Made by a program: the position numbers and the translations under genes. The notes beneath the pieces were generated by a model that did not search any database, was not told the DNA's origin, and saw only the letters and a list, made by a program, of their open reading frames with translations. This document shows positions 29,221-41,200 of a stretch of DNA of 64,000 nucleotides, in pieces (positions within the stretch are counted from its first letter, which is position 1; every line of letters starts with the position of its first letter). The stretch is from Octopus vulgaris. Lineage: Eukaryota. Location of the stretch: contig OX597828.1 of the NCBI GenBank assembly GCA_951406725.2, positions 49,414,001 through 49,478,000 on the forward strand, in the 5' to 3' direction.

Positions 29221-29538
29221 TACAACAATAACTTGTATTTCAAATTCTCACTATCTTTCACCAACAAGCAACCAGCAGAAAGAAATAAACAATAAAACAC
29301 TAACCGTTCCTCAGTCTGTCATTTCATTTCCAACAACCATCAGTCATGCCAGCCAGCCAACCAACCAGCCGACCAGCCAAACGAACCGGCAGACCAGCCA
29401 TCCAACAAGGCGACCAGCAAACCAGATCAACAATTTATCTTCAAATCCCACTTTTTCTTTGATTTTTTCTCTTTCCTAAACTATACAATAGTGCTAAAAC
29501 GTATTCACATCTATAAACACAAGTTCGCACGTGTGCGA

Positions 29539-29630
<92 letters not shown>

Positions 29631-29632
<2 letters not shown>

Positions 29633-30026
29633 GTTTCTTTATTGGCCACACAAGGCTGCACACAGATGGGACAAATTACAAGGTAGAGCTTTTCTTTTGG
29701 AGGATGAAAAAAAAAAATTAAAATTAAAATAGATATGTTTCTTTATTAGCCACACAGACAGAACAAATTACAAGGTAGAGCTTTTCTTTTGGGGGTAAAA
29801 AAAAGGGGGGTCGATCAAAAGGGATCGTAAAAGGAAAGAAAGAGGACAAAAAAAGGGGAGGATTTAAAAAACAAAAGGGGGGGAGGAAAAAAGTGGATCA
29901 ATAGGGATCGTAATCACAGAAATGTCAATATGAAGTGTAAAGGGGAGGACAGGTGAGGTTTACCCGTGGAAAGAAAAGCCTACGGAAAAGACCACGGTAA
30001 CCTCGGTCAATGAAGTCACAATAAAA
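29631..30026 (-). mobile_element. 3'UTR fragment of a non-LTR retroelement with a duplicated terminus, embedded in (GATA)n
   Basis: The minus strand ends tgtgtggccAATAAAgaaact-(TATC)n. The terminal ~60 bp (aaaagaaaagctctaccttgtaatttgt...aataaagaaac) is present twice. Confidence 0.55.
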
Positions 30027-30374
30027 ATAGATAGATAGGTAGGTAGATAGATAGAGAGAGATCTTTTATCATCTTGTTTCTGCCATTATTGAACTGCGAC
30101 CATACTGAGGCACTGCCTTGAAGAATTTTAGTTGAACGAATCGAGCCCAGTACTTATTTGTTTTTCTAAAATCTGCTTCTTACTTTATGGATTTCTTTTT
30201 GCCGAACCGCTAAGTTGCAGGGACATAAACACGCCAACACCAGTTGTTAAATGGTGATGGGAGAAAAACACCAACAAATCCAAGCTACACAGATATATAC
30301 ATACATACATACATATATACTACACTTTGATCTTAACCAAATGGGCAAGAAGCGTACATATATACATGCATACA

Positions 30375-30689
30375 TACAGATTTTAAGTTCCGGTTTGTAC
30401 CTGTAATTAATGGAGCACTGCCTAACTACCAATCTTGAGAAATTAGGCTTCTCAAAACCAGATAGATAGGAGAAAGCTGATTCGAATGTTATAGATCCAA
30501 GCCATCGCTCGAACTGTAAAAATCTGTAAAACTTTTCAGAAGTTTATCATTTAAGTATATATGAGCATGTCTTGACATGCAACTATATGCATGAAAATAC
30601 ATACAAATCTGCACATATACATACATACATACATACATACATACATACATACATACATACATACATACATACATACATACATACATACA

Positions 30690-30723
<34 letters not shown>

Positions 30724-30725
30724 CA

Positions 30726-30791
<66 letters not shown>

Positions 30792-30873
30792 CATACATAC
30801 ATACATACATACATACATACATACATAAATACATACATACATAAATACATACATACATAAATACATACATACA

Positions 30874-30907
<34 letters not shown>

Positions 30908-31107
30908 AATACATACATACATAAATACATACATACATACATACATACATACATACATACATACATACATACATACATACATACATACATACATAAATAC
31001 ATACATACATAAATACATACATACATAAATACATACATACATACATACATACATACATACATACATACATACATAAACATACATACATACATACATACAT
31101 ACATACA

Positions 31108-31141
<34 letters not shown>

Positions 31142-31163
31142 CATACATACATACATACATACA

Positions 31164-31197
<34 letters not shown>

Positions 31198-31320
31198 CAT
31201 GCCCTGCTGATGTTGTTGAAATTCCAATGAAGAAGCCATGGATCTAGGTTAGAAAGTGGCTCTATCTCTACTGACAAGAAATCTTAAAATAAAACAGAAT
31301 AATGACATACATACATACAT
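30375..31320 (+). mobile_element. 3' end of an RLE-type (R4/Dong-like) LINE with (TACA)n expansion in its 3'UTR
   Basis: Translates DFKFRFVPVINGAL..NLEKLGFSKP..RRKLIRML*IQAIARTVKICKTFQKFII*. Terminates in (CATA)n. Confidence 0.65.
30615..31200. repeat. ~590-bp (TACA)n microsatellite
   Basis: Direct reading, with sporadic taaa/tata variants. Confidence 0.97.
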
Positions 31321-32867
31321 ACATATGAGTGTGTGTGTGTGTGTGTGTGTATATGTACAATAGGCCTCTTTCAGTTTCTCTCTACCACATTCCCTCACAA
31401 GATTTTGGTCCTATATACAGACACAGGAACAGGAGTACTCCATCGGTTACGATGACAAGGGTTCCAGCTGATATGATCAATGAAACAGCTTGCACATGAA
31501 ATTAACATACAAGTGGCTGAGCACTCCACAGACACATGTACCCTTGACGTAGTTCTCAGGGAGATTCAGTGTGACACAAAGTGTGACAAGGCTGGCCCTT
31601 TGAAATACAGACACTACTCATTTTCGCCAGTTGAATGAACTGGAGCAATGTGAAATAAAGTGTCTTGCTCAAGGACACAACACGTCACCGGGAATTGAAC
31701 TCACGACCTCACAATCGTGAGCCAATTGCCCTAACCACTAAGCCATGCACCTTCACTTATATGTGTGTGTGTTTGTATATACACAATGGGTTTCTTTCAG
31801 TTTCGGTCTACTAAATCCACTTTCAAGGCTTTGGTCGGCCCGAGACTATAGAAGCCACTTGCCCAAAGTGCCACACAGTGGGATTGAACCTGGAACCGTG
31901 TGGTTAGGAAGCCAACTTCTTACCACATAGACAAGCTTCTTTTACCCTGTCTTTCCTTCATCATAAATATCCTTCACTCATCATCATCTTTCATTCATTT
32001 TGTCTTTCCTTAATCATGTCTTTCCTTCTTCCTAAATTTTTTCATCTTACTTGTTTTTTTCTGTTCATAACTATCTATACCTCAAAAATATTTTCCTTTC
32101 GTTCTGGTTCTTTCCTTCACCATAACTGTCATTCCTTTGTCATAACTGTTTTTCCTTCATCATAACTGTCTTTCCTTTGTCATATCTGTCTCTCTTTCAT
32201 TGCAACTGTCTGTCCTTCACCATAAATTATTCTTTCATTGTAACTGTCCTCCCTCTATCATCACTCTCTTTCCTTAATAATAGCTATCTTTCATTCATTA
32301 TAACTAATGTCTTTCATCCTAAATACATTTCCTTCATTATTTTCTTTATTCTCGCTGTCTTTTTCAGAATTCATTCATTATAGCCATATTCCAAGACGGC
32401 AAACTGGCAGAAACGTTAGCACACTGGGCAAAATGCTTAGCGGTATTTCATTTGTCTTTGCATTCTGATTTCAAATTCCACTGAGGTTAACTTTGCCTTT
32501 CATCCTTTCAGGGTCAATAAACTAAGTACCAGCTGTGTACTGAGGTTGAACTAATCAACTGGCCTCCTTCCCAAAAATTTTGGGCCTTGTGCCTAAAGTA
32601 GAAAAGATTATAGTCAATTCCCTTAATCATAGCTTAGTCCCTCCTGAAAACTTTCTTGGTTTCCATGCAGTTGTCTTTACTCTAAGCTTCTAATTCTTCC
32701 TTCATTTTAACCCTCTCAACATATACTTTCATCTTAATTTGTCTTTCGTTTACCCCAGCAGCCTTTCCTCCATTTTCACTCTTTTCCTCTCATTATATCT
32801 TATATATTATACCTGTATCTTTCCTCCATCTTGACTCCCTTTAGCCTAAATCAATTTCCTTCAACAA

Positions 32868-33092
32868 AATCCTTTTGATACCAACCTGCCTGAGACCACA
32901 CTGTTTCTTTGAAACAAATTTCCTGTTTTAAACTGATTAAAATTAATATCTTTCTTCAAAATTTCATGTTTGTGTTTGCTCCAAACACCATTTTAATAAT
33001 GATAAAGATATTTTATTAAATTCTTCATTATTTTCAAAATAACTTCAACAAAAGCATTATATTTTCATTGAAATATATTAACAAACAAGTTC
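32868..33092. mobile_element. Degenerate piggyBac-like MITE
   Basis: Ends resemble (TTAA)cccttt..acc and the matching right TIR, but both are decayed. Confidence 0.3.
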
Positions 33093-33945
33093 AATGCCTT
33101 TCCTTACATCTAACAGTTTTTCCTGTTACCCAACAGTCTCTGCTTCACCTCTTCTATCAAATCCATTTTCCTCCATTTTAACTATCATCTCCTTCATCGC
33201 AATTGTCCGTCCTCCATTTTGTCTTCGCTTTGTTTTGACTTTTACCTTCCTTTCTTTTAATTGGCTCTTATTTCCCTCTCCTCTTTTTTTTGTCCATTCT
33301 TCCTGTCTCTCTTTGCCCTTCCTTAGTTTACTTCCAACTTCCTGTCAACTCTCTCATGGAATGATTAAGACCAAGATTTGAAAAACCTTTCAGAGAATCC
33401 ATCATGAGTGCTGATCTTTTACTCTGATACTTTTACTCTTCACAAGTTATAGTATATTGGCTTAAAACACTGACTGGCAGTTGACTTTTATATATACATA
33501 TATATGTGTGCTTGTGTGTATGTGTGTGTGTGTGTGTGTATGCGCATGTGCTTGTGTGGGTGTAGGTATGCATATACACATGCAATCATACACATCATCA
33601 TCATTTAACACCCATGTTCCAAACTGGCATGGTTTGGACTTGCTTCCCAACCACATGGTTCTGAGTTCTATTCCACTGCATGGTACCTTCAGCAAGTGTC
33701 TTCTACTATAGCTATAGGCCGACCAAAGCCTTGTGAGCGGATTTGGTAGACGGAAACTAAAAAAAGCCAGTCATATGTGGGTGTACATATTACTCTTTTA
33801 CTTATTTCAGTCATTTGACTGTGGCCATGCTGGAGCACCGCCTTTATATAAAACAATATGATCATAAAATAATTATATCAGTGGCCTAGCATTTAAAAAT
33901 GACCGAATAGGCAATATTAATTTTTTCACGTATACAATTATAAAG

Positions 33946-34117
33946 ATATAATTACAGTTAAGGGCTACTGGAAATAAATTACCAGCGCCAATACTAGAAA
34001 TAGGTGTCAAATACCTACAATCCACTCTACAATTTGTTCTCTATTTTCAACTACAGGTTGACACCTATTTCTAGCATCAGCGCTGGTCATTTCCAGTAGC
34101 CCTTAACAGTTATTATA
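33946..34117. repeat. Fold-back inverted repeat (~62-bp arms, ~45-nt spacer)
   Basis: gttaagggctactggaaat..accagcgc..ctagaaataggtgtcaa pairs with ttgacacctatttctag..gcgctggt..atttccagtagcccttaac. Confidence 0.85.
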
Positions 34118-34143
34118 TATGTGAATATATATATATATATATA

Positions 34144-34693
34144 TGAGCAAAACGCACCCGGCCAATGGACGGTGCTGAATCATATCTGCTGAATAAAAAG
34201 CAATTAGTGTTTTCTTTGCATTAAAAATAATTAAGCATGCCTTTATTTCAATAAAATTTTTGATTTTGTTAAACGAAGTTAAGACAAAAAAAAAAAAATT
34301 CTTGAGAAACCAAATAGTCTTTCCTTCCTTCCTTCATGCCAAGTTTGAAGAAAATATCTCTTTTGCATCTTACTTTTTTGGTCTCTTAAATATATTGCAT
34401 TTTGTGGCATTATTTCAAGCCAGCCAGCTTTTTTTGTGAAAACTGCACGTGCATTTTTCTTGCATATGCATAGTATTGATTGCAACAGCTGATGTACATG
34501 CATGTACAAATGCACGTTCCCACGGCTTTATCGATCGCATTCTCACCTGGAATCGATTTTTGAAATTTTTTCAATACTTAAACATGCCCTGATATCGTCG
34601 GTATCTACATATCAAATCTGAGTGCAATTGGATGGAGGATGCTCGAGATCCTAGAAGACACACAGACAGACAGAACGGATTTTATATAATAGA
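34144..34693 (-). mobile_element. Non-autonomous Helitron
   Basis: Minus strand begins A|TCtattatataaaatccgttctgtctgtc. Subterminal hairpin gcaccgtcc..ccgggtgc, then ctca|T (decayed end). Confidence 0.65.
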
Positions 34694-35120
34694 TATATAT
34701 ATACCAGTGTGTGTGTGTGTATCTTTGCGTGTGCTTGACAACCAGTGTTGGTGTGTTTATGTCCCTGTAACTTAGTAATTTGGCAAAAGCGACCAACAGA
34801 ATAAGTACAAGGCTTTAAAAAATAAGTCCTAGGGTCCATTTGCTCAACTAAAATCCCTTCAAGGTGGTGCTCCAGCATGGCTGCACTCCAATGACTGAAA
34901 CAAGTAAAACATCTTCCACTGTCTGCTTTGACATCCATTTCACAGGAGGGGGTGGTTGGACTGAGTGGCCACTGTTAACATGTGGGTGTAGAGAATGATA
35001 TTGGTTCTGGAAAACAAGAGAGAAAAATGGTATCAGGAATGGAAAAGGAAGTGCAGTGGGGGGGATAGGGAGAGAGGAGAGAGGGCGGGGATTGATTGTC
35101 TGAGGTATTATATATATATG

Positions 35121-35157
<37 letters not shown>

Positions 35158-35168
35158 GTGTGTATATA

Positions 35169-35202
<34 letters not shown>

Positions 35203-35206
35203 CTCA

Positions 35207-35602
35207 TAACTCTTTTACTTGCTTCAGTCACTTGACTGTGGCCATGCTGGAGTACCACTTTTAGTCGAGCAAATATCAACCCCAGGACTTATTCTTTGTA
35301 AGCCAAGTACTTATTCTATCGGTCTCTTTTGCCGGGCCGCTAAGTTATGGGGACGTAAACACACCAGCATCAGTTGTCAAGCGATGTTGGGGGGACAAAC
35401 ACAGACACACAAACATATACACACACATATATATATATATATATACAAATATACGATGGGCTTCTTTCAGTTTCTGTCTACCAAATTCACTCACAAAGCT
35501 TTGGTCGGTCCGAAGCTATAGTAGAAGACACTTGGTCAAGATGCCACGCAATGGGACTGAACCCAGAACCATGTGGTTGGTAAGCAAGCTACTTACCACA
35601 CA

Positions 35603-35605
<3 letters not shown>
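35207..35605 (-). mobile_element. SINE family A
   Basis: Colinear with the family consensus. Confidence 0.88.
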
Positions 35606-35650
<45 letters not shown>

Positions 35651-35879
35651 TGGTGGTTGTCTACTCCTTATGTAGAGTCTGACCGCCTCTTGTACCTACA
35701 CCTTCGATCCATCAAGGCGTCTGATGTGATTTTTTTAAACTAGACAATATATTGAAGAGACACCCTCATAGATTGCATATCTGATTTGGACCACCAAGAG
35801 TTGCAGGTAAGTTCTTATCTTTGTGGACCTTAAAATGTCTTTTGAGGCCTCTGTTAGATTTGCATGCCTTATGGTATAC

Positions 35880-36170
35880 ATGGCATTGAAAGGTGTGTAC
35901 AGATATATAAGCCATATTGTTCGAATTGCAGATGAACGCACACCCAAACAGCTTTTTTTATGCAGAGGGAAACACATTCAGTGTAAACCTATAAAGGAAT
36001 TTAAGGGCAGCATAAGGACTACCATGAAGTCATTCGGAATGGATCCAAAGACCACAGAAACCCTTGCTTTGGATTGAGCTGAATGGCAAACAAAAGTGTG
36101 GAGTAGGGTGAAAGTGTTTGAGTGGGTGCTGAGAAATTTCTGACATTGGATAAGAGAAGACACGGGAGAA
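35880..36170 (+). pseudogene. RTE (BovB-like) LINE ORF C-terminal fragment
   Basis: SHIVRIADERTPKQLF..RGKH..KPIKEFKGSIRTTMKSFGMDPKTTETLALD*AEWQTKVWSRVKVFE follows the GHVxRMxDxRxPKQLF...LAxDRxxW RTE pattern. Confidence 0.75.
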
Positions 36171-36339
36171 TAAGTCAGTTATGATTTTATTCAACATTCT
36201 CCTCTCTCAGATTCACACACTTATTGCAATGGTCCTTCAGTTTTTCTAACCCTTGTAAAACAACTCAGAAGTTTGGGCCTCAAACCAGGCCTTTCGCAAT
36301 ACTTTTAAAGCCAGGCACTTTTCAGGATCCCCTTGTGTC

Positions 36340-36400
<61 letters not shown>

Positions 36401-36514
36401 ATATATATATTAATAGTAATGGTAGACAACAAAAGAATGAAAGAGACCTTGATATTATGTAAATAGAGGAATTTATTTATAATATGTGACAATTATTCAG
36501 TTGCCATATATTAA

Positions 36515-36579
<65 letters not shown>

Positions 36580-36662
36580 CATATACACATAGCATGATCA
36601 CCAGTCGCCATGATAGCTCGTTAGCCACTACACACATTTTTTCTCTCATTTTTTCTGCGTCC

Positions 36663-36698
36663 CTTTCTGTAGAAGAGTGTAGGTTCGAAACGTAAAAG
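36663..36698 (+). ncRNA. Minimal type I hammerhead-like motif, variant core (family F, element ~36590-36788)
   Basis: CTTT-CTGTAGA-A-GAGT-gtag-GTTC-GAAA-CG-TA-AAAG. Confidence 0.55.
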
Positions 36699-36785
36699 AC
36701 TTTTTCTATTCCTGAGCGTTAAACTAATACATTTGTTTGTATTGTACACCACCTGTCTTCGTCTTCTGTTTTTTCGTAAACTCTT

Positions 36786-36833
<48 letters not shown>

Positions 36834-36834
36834 A

Positions 36835-36955
36835 TCACTACAATTGTTTCAGTGCATCATTATCAGCTGTTAATTGCTGAATATTACATATATTATATAT
36901 ATTATTACATTAATATGATCAAATAGTAGCTGTGTGCCTGCATATCCTCAGGTGA
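36835..36955 (-). ncRNA. Type I hammerhead-like motif with very long stem II
   Basis: TCAC-CTGAGGA-tatgca..(~95 nt)..tgcact-GAAAC-aatt-GTA-GTGA. Stem I is TCAC/GTGA and the stem III region is palindromic (ACAATTGT). Confidence 0.6.
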
Positions 36956-36994
36956 GTCGGGTCCTGAGCACTGCTAGATATCTTTAGTTTTTCT

Positions 36995-37034
<40 letters not shown>

Positions 37035-37096
37035 ATAGAAATGGTAAGACAACAAAAGAATGAAAGAAACCTCAATATTATGTAAATAGAGGAATT

Positions 37097-37236
37097 TATC
37101 TGTAAATGTAATATGTCACAATTATTCGGTAGCCATGATGAAACTCCAATGGTGGCGTGGAATTCCACCCCGACATCTGAAACTCAGAGTTTTACCATGG
37201 CTACTGAATAATTGTCACATATTACATTTACAGATA
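37097..37236. repeat. Fold-back inverted repeat (~50-bp arms) centred on gtggaattccac
   Basis: tatctgtaaatgtaatatgtcacaattattcggtagccatg pairs with catggctactgaataattgtcacatattacatttacagata. The left extension is repeated at 36412-36508. Confidence 0.85.
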
Positions 37237-37329
37237 TATATATATATGTATGTATGTATGTATGCAATATATGTATATCTACATATACACATACACACAC
37301 ATATATGCACGTATATATGTGTGTGTGTA

Positions 37330-37369
<40 letters not shown>

Positions 37370-37501
37370 AGTAGGTGAATGAATTATCCTAGCATGGAAA
37401 ATTTGTTTAACCGATACCTGGGTAGCAAATTCACGTCTTCGAAACATGTGTCGAGAGTAAAGGAATTTTGTTAAAATCTTCGTTCGACTCCATTCTTTCA
37501 T

Positions 37502-37533
<32 letters not shown>

Positions 37534-37819
37534 CATTCACACATACACACATATATATGTCTTTGTATGCATATATGTGCGTGTGCTATTGTTTCCTTGT
37601 TTTGACATCACATGATACTTATAAAGGAATATTACTGTCATATAAGTGCCATCTTTCATTTCCAATCTTCAGTGAAAACATGTCTGACCATGGGTAAAAA
37701 AAATATTGCCCTATTTGGAAACAGCTGAGGTTTGGTGACAGGAAAGACATCTAACCATAACAAAATTTGCTTTAGCAAATTCCATCCGACTCATGCAAGC
37801 TGGGAAAAGTGGATGTTAA

Positions 37820-38265
37820 AACAATGACAACAATGATGTTGATGATGATGATGATGCTTACAACAACAATGATGATGATGATGATGACGACAATGATGAT
37901 GACAACGATGACAATGAAGATGAGGATAATGATGATGATCATCATGATGCTGACAGCAATGATAATGATGATGATGATGATGATGACGACAATGATGATG
38001 ACAACGATGACGATGAAGATGAGGATAATGATGATGATGATCATGATGCTGACAGCAATGATGATGATGATGATGACGACAATGATGATGACAACGATGA
38101 TGATGACAACGATGATGATGATAATGATGATGATGATCATGATGCTGACAGCAATGATGATGATGATGATGATGACGACAATGATGGTGACAACGATGAA
38201 GACGAGGATGATGATGATGATTACAACAACAATAACAATGACAATGGTGGCGGCAACGATGATGA
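37820..38265. repeat. Compound (GAT)n array with ~100-bp higher-order units, grown from an H-type SINE tail
   Basis: gatcatgatgctgacagcaat and gacgacaatgatgatgacaacgatg recur. The array follows catgcaagctgggaaaagtggatgttaaa. Confidence 0.85.
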
Positions 38266-41200
38266 CCAGGGACATTAACATTACCGCTCATTTCCAACAA
38301 GACACTACCTGTCCATTGTTGCCGAGAGAAAGTGGTCAATCCATTCTGAAGGCTGAGTAGGCTGCAAGCGATGACAAAACTTCAATACAGTTGTGCAGAC
38401 TCGAGATGAAGGACATTGAACGGGCGGCGGGTGAATGATGATAAGCTGTGTCCTATCTTCTCACATGGTACAGATTTTGCAGCCACAGTATCTGAAGGGC
38501 TTATCTCAAATGTTACCTCAACCAACTGATAGCAGTGTTAGGCCAAGGACATAGAGTAATTTATCTATTTCGTTTGTTTTTGTTTATTATGTAAGAAAAG
38601 GAAGGCGGTGGGTGAGGGACTTTGAGATATTCTTTTCTTCTTTTGCTTGTTTCAGTTATTAGAATGCGGCACTGCCTCCAAGAATTTTAATCAAATGAAT
38701 TGTCCCCAATACTAATTTTGCTGATCCACTAAGTTATGGGGACATAAAAACAACCAACACCAGTTGTCAAGAGGTGGTGGAACAAACACACACGCACATA
38801 CACAATGGGCTTCTTTCAGTTTCCATCTACCAAATCCACGCACAAGGCTTTGGTTTACCCAAGGCTATAGTAGAAGACACTTGCCCAAGATGCCACACAG
38901 TGGGATTGAACCCGGAACCACATGGTGTAGTTGGCAAGCAAACCTCTTACTACACAGCTATGCTTGTGCCTTCTGCTTGAACTTTGTAGGACAACTTCTA
39001 ATGGGAAAAATGTTGGCAAAGATGGAAGTTTTTTGGGGGGCTTTTTTTATGTTTTAGTCAGGAGAAAAGGCAATGCCTAGGACAATTTAAAGAGTCTCTG
39101 ACTCTAGTGAGAGGGAAGGAGGGAAAGGTAAAGGTCAGAATAAAGTTACCTTCTCGAATCATGACGACTCATAAGGGCCGGTTTCCTAGTTTCATGGATA
39201 TGTATTCCCTATCTGGACAGGACTCCGGTCATTCGCAGGATGGCTCATGTTTCCCAGCTGAGTGGGCTGGAGCAATGTGAAATGCTCAAGAACATAATGC
39301 ATCGCCTGTTCCAGGAATTGAAACCACAATCTTATGATTATGAATCCAACACCCTAACTACTAAGCCAAGTGCCTCCACAAGGAGAAAAAGAGGTATTCT
39401 TGAACTAGAGGGACCAGGCTTGAATGGTTACAATAAACTGGACTCTACTAAAGGACCCCTAATCACCAGATGACGGATTAAGTCTATCAGAATTGAAATG
39501 AAGGTCATGGCAGAATTTGAACCGAGAACCCACAGAGGTGAAACAAATACCACAATGTATCTTGTGGTGCCACCAATCCACCGCTCAGAAGTTGATGATT
39601 CACTAGGTAAAATAACTATCATGGGATCTGGGTTGTGGAGTACAGCAGAGAAGATGTAGAGGGGGAGGCAATGAGAAATGGCTGAGCATTCCACAGACAC
39701 GTACTCCTTAATGTAGTTCTCAGGGAGATTCAGTGTGACACAGAGTGTGACGAGGCTGGCCCTTTGAAATACAGGTACAACTCATCTGAGTGGAGTGGAG
39801 TAGTGTGAAGTAAAGTGTCTTGCTCAAGGACATATCGCTGGGAATCGAACCCATGTCCTAACAATTGTGAGCTGAATGCACAAACCTTTAAGCCTTGCAC
39901 CTTCACAGAAGTGACAGCAGGCAAGTAATAAAATGAAGCAATGAAAGAATGAAGGTGTTAACATAGAACCTTGGAATACACACTGAAGTTGATAGTGTGA
40001 GATTTACAGAGAGAGACAGACAGAGAGAAAGAGACTTCATTGGCTTGACATGAAACTGTCAATGCAAAAGATATAATTGAATGGATGTATTTCATTAATT
40101 TGGAGAAAAAAAACTGAAGGAAAATTAGAGAAAAAGGAGAGATTAACAGACTTAAGAGCAATTAAATGACATAACACCAGAATCACAACTACTACCACCA
40201 TTTCCGTTAGAACTAATGCTACTGCCATAACCAGCATTTTTACTTACACAACTACTACTGCTGCTGCTGTTAATGTCACTAACACCACTGCTAAATCCAA
40301 CCCCTCTTCCCTTATGACCATCACTACTGACACCGTTACCACCATTACTACCTCAATCACTATCACCACTACTAATGCCACTAACTTCACTACAACCGTC
40401 GCCACTACTAACACCACTAGCATTACCATAATCGCCACTGGTACCACCACCACCACCACTATTTCTACCAACACCACGACTACCGCCCATACTCCTACCT
40501 ATCACAACTAATATTACCGCCATCATCACCACCACCATTGCCATTACCAACACCACCCACCATTACCACTACTACGATCATAACTATTACCACCCCGCCA
40601 TGACTACCGCTGACGCCACCACCACCACCATAGTCACCGCCGCCATCATAACCACCAGCAACCACCACCATCAACGCCGCTATCACCACAATGAACGTTA
40701 TGATAGAATCCATAACGAAAACTAGAAAAGAGCAATCAAAAGCCATGTTTAATACATTCAATCTTCAAAAAGACAATATTGTATTGTCACACACACACAT
40801 ACCATGTGTATATCTATGCGTATGAAGAGAATTACAGGACCATTTACACATACACACACACACACAACACACACACATACATTCATCTCTAACACACATT
40901 CATTCGTAAAAGAACACAACAGCGCACACATAACACGAAATGAGAAGAGACACACACACATACATAAATACACGCTGCTCTTGTTCCACCATTGTGCAAT
41001 CTCCGGTAGAAATTAACAATGGATCAAGTAACAGAATGTTCTAGAATGATAAAGCAAAAGGGAAAGAAAGAAAGAAAGAAAGCTGGCAATAATTAATAAA
41101 AACAAATGGCAGAAAGACGTGAATCATACTGATAGAGACTTTGGTTTTTTTTTTTTTCGTCTTCCGTCATGAAAGAGCTCCACTAACTTATTATCTACCC

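Noticed and set aside
30489-31277. 200-260 aa MYVC-repeat ORFs
   Set aside because: Translation of (TACA)n.
37772-38360. Poly-Met/Thr, poly-His/Cys and poly-Ile ORFs of 169-183 aa
   Set aside because: They are three frames of a (GAT)n array expanded from a SINE tail. There is no splice or compositional evidence for a real protein.
38265-38550. Unique GC-richer block after the GAT array as a possible exon
   Set aside because: No sustained open frame or recognisable domain could be established by eye.
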